From the NCBI GenBank assembly GCA_963753055.1, contig CAVWAP010000002.1, positions 257,411 through 321,410 of the forward strand: a DNA stretch of 64,000 nucleotides, read 5' to 3'. This document shows, piece by piece, positions 8,521 through 18,000 of the stretch (position 1 is the stretch's first letter; each line of letters opens with the position of its first letter). The position numbers and the translations under genes are program-made. This DNA is from an uncultured Bacteroidales bacterium. GTDB taxonomy: Bacteria > Bacteroidota > Bacteroidia > Bacteroidales > B18-G4. The notes beneath the pieces are model-generated. The model was not told the origin of the DNA and did no database searches. It saw nothing but the letters and a program-made list of their open reading frames with translations.

Positions 8521-8900
8521 CACAGAATTTGACTTTCTTCATTCTTACTTTTTCCATGATGAAAAAGTAACAAAAAATCTAGTCGGAACGAAGCTTCCGC
8601 GCGCCCTGTCCGTATCCTGGCGGATACGGACATTCCCACACACGCCGGCCCGCCGTTCCGACCGGCCCCCCCGCCCGGATAACAATCATTCTTCCTTCTA
8701 AAATAAATTCTGTGACAGTGCCGGGTAGATATCTTACAAGGTTTATAGATACAAGATGTCACCCCGAGCGAAGTCGAGGGGTCTCCATCACGTAGGCACC
8801 GGACTGGCAGAATCTACCTGCCAGCTATATGCCGTAAGCTATTTAATAGTGTTGTTACAAAAAACGAAAAGAATGAAAGGGTAAGGCTATTGGATACAAC
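8521..8900 (+). repeat. divergent member of the approx 370-nt GC-rich structured element family
   Basis: Shares its ends (cacagaatttgactttc ... aagggtaaggctattggatacaac) with the copies at 21099, 25476 and 43925. The internal hairpins sit at the same relative positions but have a different sequence. Confidence 0.6.
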
Positions 8901-9019
8901 GTTGTCGGTATGCGCAGTGCGGGTTTCAGGGCGAATACCTATCGAGCCGTTGCTATGTTTATTTACATGTACTCACGTTAAATTTCCACATTGTCCCGCA
9001 TTGCGTATGACCGCGTGTT
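8898..9019. mobile_element. 122-bp MITE-like element
   Basis: Imperfect approx 25-bp terminal inverted repeats: AACGTTGTCGGTATGCGCAGTGCGGG at the left, and the reverse complement of the right end reads AACACGCGGTCATACGCAATGCGGG. No ORF. Confidence 0.55.
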
Positions 9020-9080
9020 AGCAACAGTATTTTATTATCAATATTAAAAGGTCAACTTTTTGTAATTTTTTCAATATTTG

Positions 9081-10061
9081 TTAACTTCTCATTGCTGCGA
9101 TATATTCTTCAATTGCAGTCTTGATGGGAGTATAGGTAATACCCAGTTCTTTTTCAGCTTTACTACCATCAGCTTGAAAACCTACTTTCATTGTTTTCAT
9201 CTGGTTATCAGACATACCCCAGATAGGTGGTTTTTTGATCAAGTTGGAAATCCGGGTGAGCACGTAGGCACTCGACAATGCCATGAAATCAGGCATGCTT
9301 ATAAAAGGCAATGAAACTCCAGAGACTTCACTTATCATTTTATTGAAATCTTTTAAACTAATCTGATGTTTCGCAATAATGTACCTTTCACCTATGTTGT
9401 TAGGTTTTTCTGCCGCTTTAATTATCCCTTCAGCAACATCTTTGATATGAACCCATGTAAGAATACTATTTTTAAAAATAGTTGCCGGTAAAGTCTTTTT
9501 GACAAGCCCTGATACATATGCACCAGATGATTTTGGATCTCCTGCACCTAAAACTGCACCGGGGTAGATAACTACTAGTGGCAAACCATTGTTTTGATAA
9601 AGATCCCAGGCTATCTGATCACCTTCAAATTTAGTCTGAGCATATAAACTGTACTTCTCAGGGCCTGGTGTACTATCTTCCTTAAATGGGATTTCATTAG
9701 GTTTTCCATAAGTCACTACTGAACTGATATGCACTACTTTTGATACCTTGGTTTCCAATGCACATTCCATTATGTTACGAGTGCCATCAACATTCGTTTT
9801 CTTGTAGACTGACTTATCAGGTTCCCAAAATGTATATATGTTGGCCAAATTAATGACCCAATCACAACCCTTCATTCCTTGAAGGATGGATGACTTGTCT
9901 CTGACGTCTCCTTCTATTACTTTAACTCCAGATGACCGGAGTCTTTCAATAGATGGACTAGTTTTCCTAACCAAACATAACAATTCATGATTGGTATATT
10001 TTAACTGTTCAAGTACCTGTTTTCCTATAAAACCGGTAGCTCCTGTAATAAATATTTTCAT
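9081..10061 (-). CDS. NAD(P)-dependent epimerase/dehydratase family (extended SDR) oxidoreductase
   Basis: N-terminal MKIFITGATGFIGKQV Rossmann motif and YAQTK catalytic motif. 326 aa. Confidence 0.85.
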   Translation of the reverse strand: MKIFITGATGFIGKQVLEQLKYTNHELLCLVRKTSPSIERLRSSGVKVIEGDVRDKSSILQGMKGCDWVINLANIYTFWEPDKSVYKKTNVDGTRNIMECALETKVSKVVHISSVVTYGKPNEIPFKEDSTPGPEKYSLYAQTKFEGDQIAWDLYQNNGLPLVVIYPGAVLGAGDPKSSGAYVSGLVKKTLPATIFKNSILTWVHIKDVAEGIIKAAEKPNNIGERYIIAKHQISLKDFNKMISEVSGVSLPFISMPDFMALSSAYVLTRISNLIKKPPIWGMSDNQMKTMKVGFQADGSKAEKELGITYTPIKTAIEEYIAAMRS

Positions 10062-10231
10062 GTTCTGTTATTTGTTTAACCAAATTTTGGCGAATAATGA
10101 ACTTAAATCAAATTTATTTTTGGTATTATTTAGTTATCAGAGGGTTATGCACAAAGAGGTTTATATATTGAGTGATTTTTAGGGAATAATTGGCATAGCA
10201 AAGATCTATCTATAGCACTCATATTGTTGCT

Positions 10232-10353
10232 AACGGTTTGGCTATGTGTAGTGTGGGATTTTATTGTACCTCACTTTCAAATCACTACAAAACTTATTGC
10301 TTGTGTATACTTTCAAATTATCACTGAAACCCGCATTGGATATAGCCTTGGTT
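10232..10353. mobile_element. 122-bp MITE-like element, inverted relative to 8898-9019
   Basis: Left end AACGGTTTGGCTATGTGTAGTGTGGG. The reverse complement of the right end reads AACCAAGGCTATATCCAATGCGGG. Same length as the copy on the other side of the SDR gene. Confidence 0.55.
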
Positions 10354-10715
10354 ACAAGCATTATTAAATGAAAATTCTATACAATTTTAAAAGTAATGAT
10401 TTTATTGATGATAAAATGTGCAATTTCCATCAGCATTTTAATACAAATTGTTCATAACTTTATTAGAATCGATGGGTTACTAAATTGATTTTTTGGAATT
10501 AATATTTGATAGTATTAACAATAGAGCTTTTCACTTTTTTATTAAATGTTAATACATGACTGCAAAGTCTAATTTATCAGTCATATTATCAATTATAATT
10601 CGTATTCAAATTAAATACATTTGTGCGCATTTCAGAGTGTTGAATTGGTGGTGTGAATATGCCGAAAATACACCTTTAAAAAGAAGTAGGCATAATCTAT
10701 CAAATATTATATGTT

Positions 10716-11171
10716 ATGAAAAAATTATTGCTATTTGTATCAATTTTTGTTTTGCTGATCAGTGAAACAACATGCCAGGAACAGGGCAATATTATTATTG
10801 GCCGTTTAGAATCAGGTGAACCCGTTATTACTTTAAGCGAATCAAAAATTAAGACCGATTGGGAAAGTCTCCTAGGGGATGAAGATATTAATGTGGATTT
10901 CTCAGAATTCGGCATCGCTGATATGGGAACCTACTATTTGTTAATTGGAATAGATGAAACAAATGGTATTGAGGCAGCAATTGAGTTAGTTCTGGTAAGC
11001 AACCAATTTTATGAGGATTTAGATTCTGGTAATGGTCATACAGTAACTTGTAAAGGTTGCGCCTGGGCATGTCATCCCAAAAAACAGGGTGAAAATTGGA
11101 TTTGTCATCCCAATTGTGATCCTTGTGAAAAGACAGAAGTTGTAGTTATAGAAAACGCAATATTTAATTAG
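10716..11171 (+). CDS. small secreted Cys-rich hypothetical protein
   Basis: Signal peptide MKKLLLFVSIFVLLISETTC. C-terminal CKGCAWACHPKK..WICHPNCDPCEK cysteine cluster. Confidence 0.55.
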   Translation: MKKLLLFVSIFVLLISETTCQEQGNIIIGRLESGEPVITLSESKIKTDWESLLGDEDINVDFSEFGIADMGTYYLLIGIDETNGIEAAIELVLVSNQFYEDLDSGNGHTVTCKGCAWACHPKKQGENWICHPNCDPCEKTEVVVIENAIFN

Positions 11172-11404
11172 CCCAAGAAGGATATGTCCATAAAAAGATC
11201 CTTGAAATTAATTATTTAATTAGTATTGCTTGTAACTTGTTTATATATTATCATTTTGTTGTCTTTAACACCCATATAGGGTGGATAAAAACACGTTTAT
11301 GTAATTTGTATATATGATTTATTCAAATATACAAAAGTTTATTTGGTCATTTCTGCTGCAACTTCCACCCCATCTTCGCCAAAGGCTCCGGAGGGTAAAA
11401 AAGG

Positions 11405-11464
11405 GAGCACGCTTTGTCCGCCATAGCCTTGGCGGAGGCGGATGCTCCCTTTTTTGATATCTGA
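11405..11464. repeat. A-tract/long hairpin/T-tract module, copy 2
   Basis: Identical to 4691-4749. Followed, as there, by gatatctgattc. Confidence 0.7.
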
Positions 11465-11721
11465 TTCGTGATCCACCTTCGCTGCGCTTCGGTGGACAAC
11501 GTATCTGATATCTGATATTTGATTATTCTGTTCAGTGTTCAGTGATCAGTGTTCACTGTGTTGGCTTGTGCGTGTAGTTCTAGTCAGGAAAAGGGGGGGT
11601 AGATGTTTGTCGTCAGCAACATTTGGTCACAATTAAACCATCTTCTTGGGTTATAGCTTTATGATGTCCAAATTCTTTTGAAGACTTACAAGAAACGAGG
11701 CGTATAATGTTACTGTATTCC

Positions 11722-12756
11722 TTACCTGATCACAAACTTTTCAGTGAGGTGTTTTCCACAATCGCAGCTGATATGGGCAAAGTAAATGCCTGAGGGTAAA
11801 TTGCCGATATCGATACGTTCACTCGCGGCTCCATTTGTATGCCCAACAGCGGTTCGGTTGATCACCACCTGTCCAACCTGGTTCACGATCGAAATAGTAG
11901 CACCTGTGCTGGGTGAAATATCGAACTCGACCATAACATGGTCATCGGCCGGGTTGGGGAATACCCTGAGCCGGGATACCATTTCATCAGGCTGATTGCT
12001 GATTCCTGTGACAACACTGCTGTAATATGCCACAGTATCGGTGACCCCATAATAAGTATTGTTAAGAATCTCTATGCTAAAAAGGGGCGATTTTGAATTT
12101 GCCGCAAACCAGGAATACTGTGACCTGACTATATCAAAATCCTTAACATAGAAGCCGCCAACGAACACAGAGTCAATTTCAGTATCCACGGTTAATATTC
12201 GTAAGACGTTTGTATAGGTTCCGTTCGGGAGTATTAGCGTACCATAAGCATCTGCTAACATCTCACTGGATGCAGTCACCCTGACATCCGCCATAGAAGT
12301 TGTTACAACACCTTTATAAGTGTCAGAGTATGTGTCCTCATATGTGAAAGGAAATTTTAGAAAAGTCCTGCTGTCGCTGTATATCAACAGTGAAGGAAAT
12401 GTTCCGGTTGTTGACTGGGAACCTAAATAATAATATCCATCTGTATTAGTCAGGACATAGGTGAAGATGGTATCTCCCATGTTCAAAGCTACATTGGCCG
12501 ATGGAAACTCATTTCCGGCAGGTGCCTGTGCGGGGTCAATGGCTGTGATCTGACCTCCATAAAGTGTATTAAGACCTGAAAAATCCCAGTTAACATCAGG
12601 GCCGGTGGCGCCGGTTGACAGCCCGGTCGTAGATACAAAATTAATATCGGATACATCCCCTACCTGAGGAGCGTTTTGGGGGTATTGAAGCGTTGGCTGT
12701 GCGACAAGCGTCAATGTAAAAAATGCACAACCCAGGAATAAATAAAACTTTTTCAT
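11722..12756 (-). CDS. T9SS C-terminal sorting domain protein (hypothetical cargo)
   Basis: The ATG at 12756 gives MKKFYLFLGCAFFTLTLVAQ (the track start at 12786 is a TTG). The C-terminus FPNPADDHVMVEF...LPSGIYFAHI...KFVIR is a CTD. Confidence 0.8.
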   Translation of the reverse strand: MKKFYLFLGCAFFTLTLVAQPTLQYPQNAPQVGDVSDINFVSTTGLSTGATGPDVNWDFSGLNTLYGGQITAIDPAQAPAGNEFPSANVALNMGDTIFTYVLTNTDGYYYLGSQSTTGTFPSLLIYSDSRTFLKFPFTYEDTYSDTYKGVVTTSMADVRVTASSEMLADAYGTLILPNGTYTNVLRILTVDTEIDSVFVGGFYVKDFDIVRSQYSWFAANSKSPLFSIEILNNTYYGVTDTVAYYSSVVTGISNQPDEMVSRLRVFPNPADDHVMVEFDISPSTGATISIVNQVGQVVINRTAVGHTNGAASERIDIGNLPSGIYFAHISCDCGKHLTEKFVIR

Positions 12757-12913
12757 ATTCAATGGTTTTGGTTTCGGGTAATTCAAATATAGTAAATATT
12801 TAGATAGAATGAAAATATTTTCCGGGTTCAGGGTTCAGGATGCCGGTGCAAATTCCGGAGCCTGTGACCCACCTGTTCCGGCCTGATAGCAACTAACCAT
12901 ACCTGGATCATCA

Positions 12914-12964
12914 GGAATCCTTCAAATGTTACACCTGTTATAGCATTTGTTACATATCTGATAG
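12914..12964 (+). promoter_or_regulatory. conserved 51-nt upstream module with three TGTTAYA direct repeats, copy 1
   Basis: ggaatccttcaaatgttacacctgttatagcatttgttacatatctgatag differs by 1 nt from 26048-26098. Both precede beta-helix genes. Confidence 0.4.
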
Positions 12965-13050
12965 CCTAAAGTAAGAAGTCTGCTTAACTTGGGAAAAATA
13001 CGGCCATGATGAAATAATACACTCTACTTATTAACCTAAAATATTTAACC

Positions 13051-14856
13051 ATGAAAAAGTTTATACTATTAATCATTATGATGATTCCAATTATCATGAT
13101 GTCACAGACACCGGTTCCTGCGGGACCGGTATCCGGCACCTGGAACCTTGCCGGCTCACCCTATATGGTGAACGGGGAAATCTATATTGAGGAAGCGGCC
13201 ACACTGGTAATTGAACCGGGAGTGGAAGTACGTTTTACAGGCTGGTATAAGTTTATCATAAACGGATCCTTAATGGCTGAAGGCACCGAAGCAGCCAATA
13301 TTCTTTTTACTGCTGATGATAACAATGAGCATTGGTACGGGCTCAGGTTTATAGAAAGTAATAAAACTTCAGTCCTGGATTATTGTATTGTCGAATATGG
13401 AGAAACAATACTTGATTGGGGTATTGGCTTGTTTCCTGAAAATGCCGGTGGTGGGATTCTTGTAAGCATGTGCCCAGATGCTTCCATATCAATTAAAAAT
13501 TCTATCATACGTAACAACGAGGCTTATGATGGCGGTGGAATATTATGCGATGAAAGTATTATCACAGTGGAAAATTGTGAAATCACCTCAAACAGTGCTT
13601 TCAATGGTGGTGGCATAGTTATTATTAACAATTCTTCTCTTACTATGACCAACTCAACCATTGCAAATAATTCCTCTGGAAACGAAGGGGGAGGGATTCT
13701 ACTTCTTGTAGGAGGTTTACTGGAATTAATCAATAATACATTTATCCATAATACCTGTCAAAATGGTGGTGGTGGACTTTGTATTTATGATCCTTTGAGT
13801 TTTATTATTAAGCAAAATATTATAGCTTTTAATTCCGCTGAGGAAGGAGGGGGTATCTATCTCGATGACGCATATAATTTAGGATCATTATCAGACAATA
13901 CCATTGCCTATAATGAGGCAACTATTAACGGAGGAGGGGTATGCTGTGTTGGAAATACAACACACTCCTTTGAAAGTAATATCATTTATTTCAATCAAGT
14001 AAACGAAATAAATAATCAGATTTTTCTTTCCGGCAACTCAATTCCCATAATTTCATATTGTAATATTCAGGACAGCACAGCTGGATTTAGCGGTTATGGT
14101 GCTGCCTCGGTATCACTTACTGATTGTGTTTATGGTGACCCATTATTTTCAGATCCCATGAACGATGATTTCTCTTTAACATGGGATAATTATCCTTATC
14201 CGGACGGAACCAGATCACCATGTATTGATGCCGGTTGTGTGGGATTACCTGAACCCGACGGCACTTGCAATGATATCGGGGCATATTCCTTCTTCCAGCA
14301 ACTGGATGTACCTGTGATGCTAACAAATACCTATGTAAATGAAAATAGTTTCCTGGCAGAATGGACGGAATGCTATGGGGCTCTCGGATATTATCTCGAT
14401 GTTGCACTGGATGATGGATTTACAAATATGGTATATCAAGGAATTGAAGTGTTTGATAGCACCCGCTATATGGTTGAAGAACTTGATCAGGGAACAACAT
14501 ACTATTACAGAGTGAATGCATATAACAGCGCCCTAACCAGTATCTATTCTAATACTGAATCGGTTTCAACTCTTCCGACTTCAATTGATGAACAAGTTTT
14601 AATAGTTAAAATAGCCATTTATCCAAACCCCTGCACCACCACCACAACCCTCTCCTACATCCTTGACAAACCTGAGAATGTACAGTTTACAGTTTACAAT
14701 GTACAATCTCAGATCGTTTTTATGATGAAGGAAAAGCAGGAAAAAGGAGAGCATAAGGTGCAATGGAATGCTGAAGGATTGCCTGCCGGGATGTATTATT
14801 TCAGTATCCAGGCTGGTGAGATGGTTGGTGGGGGGAAATTGGTGAAAATGGAATAG
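13051..14856 (+). CDS. secreted beta-helix repeat protein with FN3-like domain and T9SS CTD
   Basis: Signal peptide, GGGI(L) beta-helix turns, an FN3-like segment (WTECYGALGYYLDVA...YYYRVNAY), and the CTD YPNPC...FTVYNVQSQIV...LPAGMYYF..KLVKME. Confidence 0.85.
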   Translation: MKKFILLIIMMIPIIMMSQTPVPAGPVSGTWNLAGSPYMVNGEIYIEEAATLVIEPGVEVRFTGWYKFIINGSLMAEGTEAANILFTADDNNEHWYGLRFIESNKTSVLDYCIVEYGETILDWGIGLFPENAGGGILVSMCPDASISIKNSIIRNNEAYDGGGILCDESIITVENCEITSNSAFNGGGIVIINNSSLTMTNSTIANNSSGNEGGGILLLVGGLLELINNTFIHNTCQNGGGGLCIYDPLSFIIKQNIIAFNSAEEGGGIYLDDAYNLGSLSDNTIAYNEATINGGGVCCVGNTTHSFESNIIYFNQVNEINNQIFLSGNSIPIISYCNIQDSTAGFSGYGAASVSLTDCVYGDPLFSDPMNDDFSLTWDNYPYPDGTRSPCIDAGCVGLPEPDGTCNDIGAYSFFQQLDVPVMLTNTYVNENSFLAEWTECYGALGYYLDVALDDGFTNMVYQGIEVFDSTRYMVEELDQGTTYYYRVNAYNSALTSIYSNTESVSTLPTSIDEQVLIVKIAIYPNPCTTTTTLSYILDKPENVQFTVYNVQSQIVFMMKEKQEKGEHKVQWNAEGLPAGMYYFSIQAGEMVGGGKLVKME

Positions 14857-15048
14857 TGAAATGATGTTCCATGGACGCATGGACACATGTACGAAGGAAT
14901 CTCTACTGTACCTCTGTTTGCAAACCACATATTGAAGTTATAAATTTACTGGTAAACATTTTACTGACGATCTACAGTGTGTACGCTTTAAATCTTTGCC
15001 CAATGTGCATGGCTCTAAACTTCGGACAAGTCAAATATTAAAACTTGT

Positions 15049-18000
15049 TTATATTTCTTCAACTTCCTTCAAATTATTTTCCCTGTCTCTGTCAATTAAA
15101 ACTACAAAGGGATCAATACCAGCGTAGTATGGTTTTTCGTTAACGATGATTTCAATCTCGGTTTTGTTTTGTGTGAACTTGTGTTTTTTGTAATAGATTT
15201 CTTCTTTATCTTTATTCAAAACACCTACATAAATATAATCGTTTAGAGCCTGCTCTGTTTGAGTTCCAATACTGTCGGCATAGAATTTTTTTGCTTTTAC
15301 ATTTATTTTTACTTTGTATTTGTCGTTGCTTACTATTTCGTATTGTGCCGATTCGATTTCGTTTTCATAAAGGGTGATTTTTTCAAAAAGATCGGTAACA
15401 AGATATAGCAAACTGTCGGGGGTAGATTTTTTTATTTCATTAACAAAATCAACTGAGAGCGGATAATTAACGGTTGATCCATATTTATTCACAAGGCGGC
15501 TTAAAGCAGAGCTTAATGAATCCAAACCAATATAATCGTGCAGCGCATACATAACCACTGAACTTTTTGGATAGTTCAGATAATCCTGAACAGGCAATGA
15601 CCGAAACATAGCTCTTTCGCCTTCATAATCAGTTTTACGACGACGCAGGTATCTTTCCATTTCATCTTTAAGGTATTTTCTTGACATTTTCACTCCAAAT
15701 TTTTCTTCATTGCACATTGCCATTACATATTGGGCCATTGTTTCGGTGAGCATAAAACCACCCTCGGCAAAGGCAGGAGTAACAACATATCCCCACCACT
15801 GATGAGCCATTTCATGTACACAAACTCCAAACATCATATCCACTACATCCGGGTCATTAAAGTTGGCGGTAAATCCGGAGCCTTCGCGCCAGATAAAAAT
15901 ACTTGGCTGCGAGCGGGCACTTCCACCAGTCAAATAATCAGGAATTTCTACAATCCTGATATTATTAAATGGAAAATCGCAATAGTTTTTAGTATTAAAA
16001 TCAAATGACCTCTTTATACCGTCAATCATTCGCTGAACATTGTACGGATGCTTTTCATCATAATAGATTTCAATATTAATATCCTGATATTTATCCTTTG
16101 CTACTTCATACCTTCCTGATGCAAAAATTAGCTCATTCTGCATGGTAATATCTGAATGATAATGGAAATAATTCCGGTTGTTTTCAGTCCATTTATTAAT
16201 CAGTTCCCCGTTTGAAACAATGGTCTGGTCGCTGCTTGTGCTGATTACGGCATTAAACTTTATATTGTCAAGGTTAATAAAAGGAACTTTTCTGTCTGCA
16301 TTTTCTAAAGAAGGAAATGCTGAAAGTTCACCTAGCCCATATTTTCTCCTGTCATTTTCGTCCAGAAGAATGAAAAGATTATTATACCCGATTATCGGAA
16401 AGAAAGGAGACTCGCCACCTGATAGCATCAAACAGGTTCCATTTCCAACAATTAAATCTTTTGGATGATTATCATCGGTAAAGCCATTTGTCAGTATCTC
16501 ATAATCAAACAGCAATTTGATTTCCTCTCCGGGTTTTAAAGGTTTATTGAGTTTGAAAACTTTAAACCCAGCTTCTTCTCCCTCATAAATCAATTCAGCA
16601 GGAGCACTAAATTCAAATTTTTTAATATTATCTACTAACCTACCCCCCCAAAGATTAGTACAAATTTCGTCAATGTTTTTATCTGAATTATTTTTTAACA
16701 AATAATAACCCCGGATCAAAGCCTCTCTTTTATCTGGGAATATATCAATTTTTAAATCAATGTTTGAAATGTCGGGTTGCGTAACATCCTTGTATTTACT
16801 ATATTTTATTTCATATTGAGCTTTTATGTTTTTGTAAGTCTTTTCCGACATATACGAATTCAGAATATATTTATTGTAAAAAATAAAACTACCTGAGCTT
16901 ATAAATAAAACAATTAGAATTCCCAATGACACTTTCTGAAATCTTGTGATGTTTTGTTTTGCGATTTTAAACCGGAATTTAAGGATGGTCTCATTATTTC
17001 GCCGCCACAACAATGTGCTTATCAGGATTAAAATAACGCCAAGGAACGCCCAGTAAAACGTGTACCATAAAATGGTTTCGGCATTGAACCCAAAACCATT
17101 CATGTTAGAATATGTAAAATTTGGAATTTTACCGTACCTGAGTAATAAATGGTCAAATTTGAGGACCATAAAAATTACGATATCCAGCACAAAATAAAGA
17201 GCAGATATAAAAAATCCGAGATATTTATTAGGGGTAAGATTTTGAATTAATAAAACAATAATTGCCATAAACCAGTAATTGAGCATATCAATTCCATATA
17301 TGTGCTTAATATATAAACCAAGATTAATATCTGTAAAGCCGAGAGATAATTGTGTGATTATTCCGCCAATCATCCCAAGGGTAATAAAAAGGAACTGAAT
17401 GCCCATGAGTGTAAAAAGTTTTGATAAATAGCTCATCCAATTAGGAACAGGTAAGGTGTCATAGAATTCGTTTGAGCTGTTATCTCTTTCACGCCACACT
17501 AAAACGCCTCCAAAAAAGATGGTCAACGGTATCATATATGTCCATAAATGGTCGGTGTATTTTAAAAATTCCGAAGTTAGGGGATATACCATTGAACGGT
17601 CGGACATTACATTACCAAGGAAGTTGGCTATTATTTCACTAATTGCAAAAAAAGTGAGTATCAGAAAAGCCGGATGAAAGACAATTCGTTTAAACTCGAG
17701 AAAAACAAGCCTGAAACATTTTTGTAACTGAAATGTAAATGATTCATCAATATTAGAAATTGGAATTCGTTGAATAATATTTTTTCTTGTTTCAACTATT
17801 TGGGTTGAAATCCCTTTGTTTTTTTTCTTCTTTGTTTCAAGTTGTGATACGAATTTGAATTTTTTCCAGGTGTAAAATAATAATGCGAAACTTATAATCA
17901 GCCAAATTATCCTGTTCAGAATAAATACAACATTAATAGGCATTTGGTTGGCATTCATATCGGCAACTGTCCAAAATTTTGCCTGAAGGTTAATGGCTAA

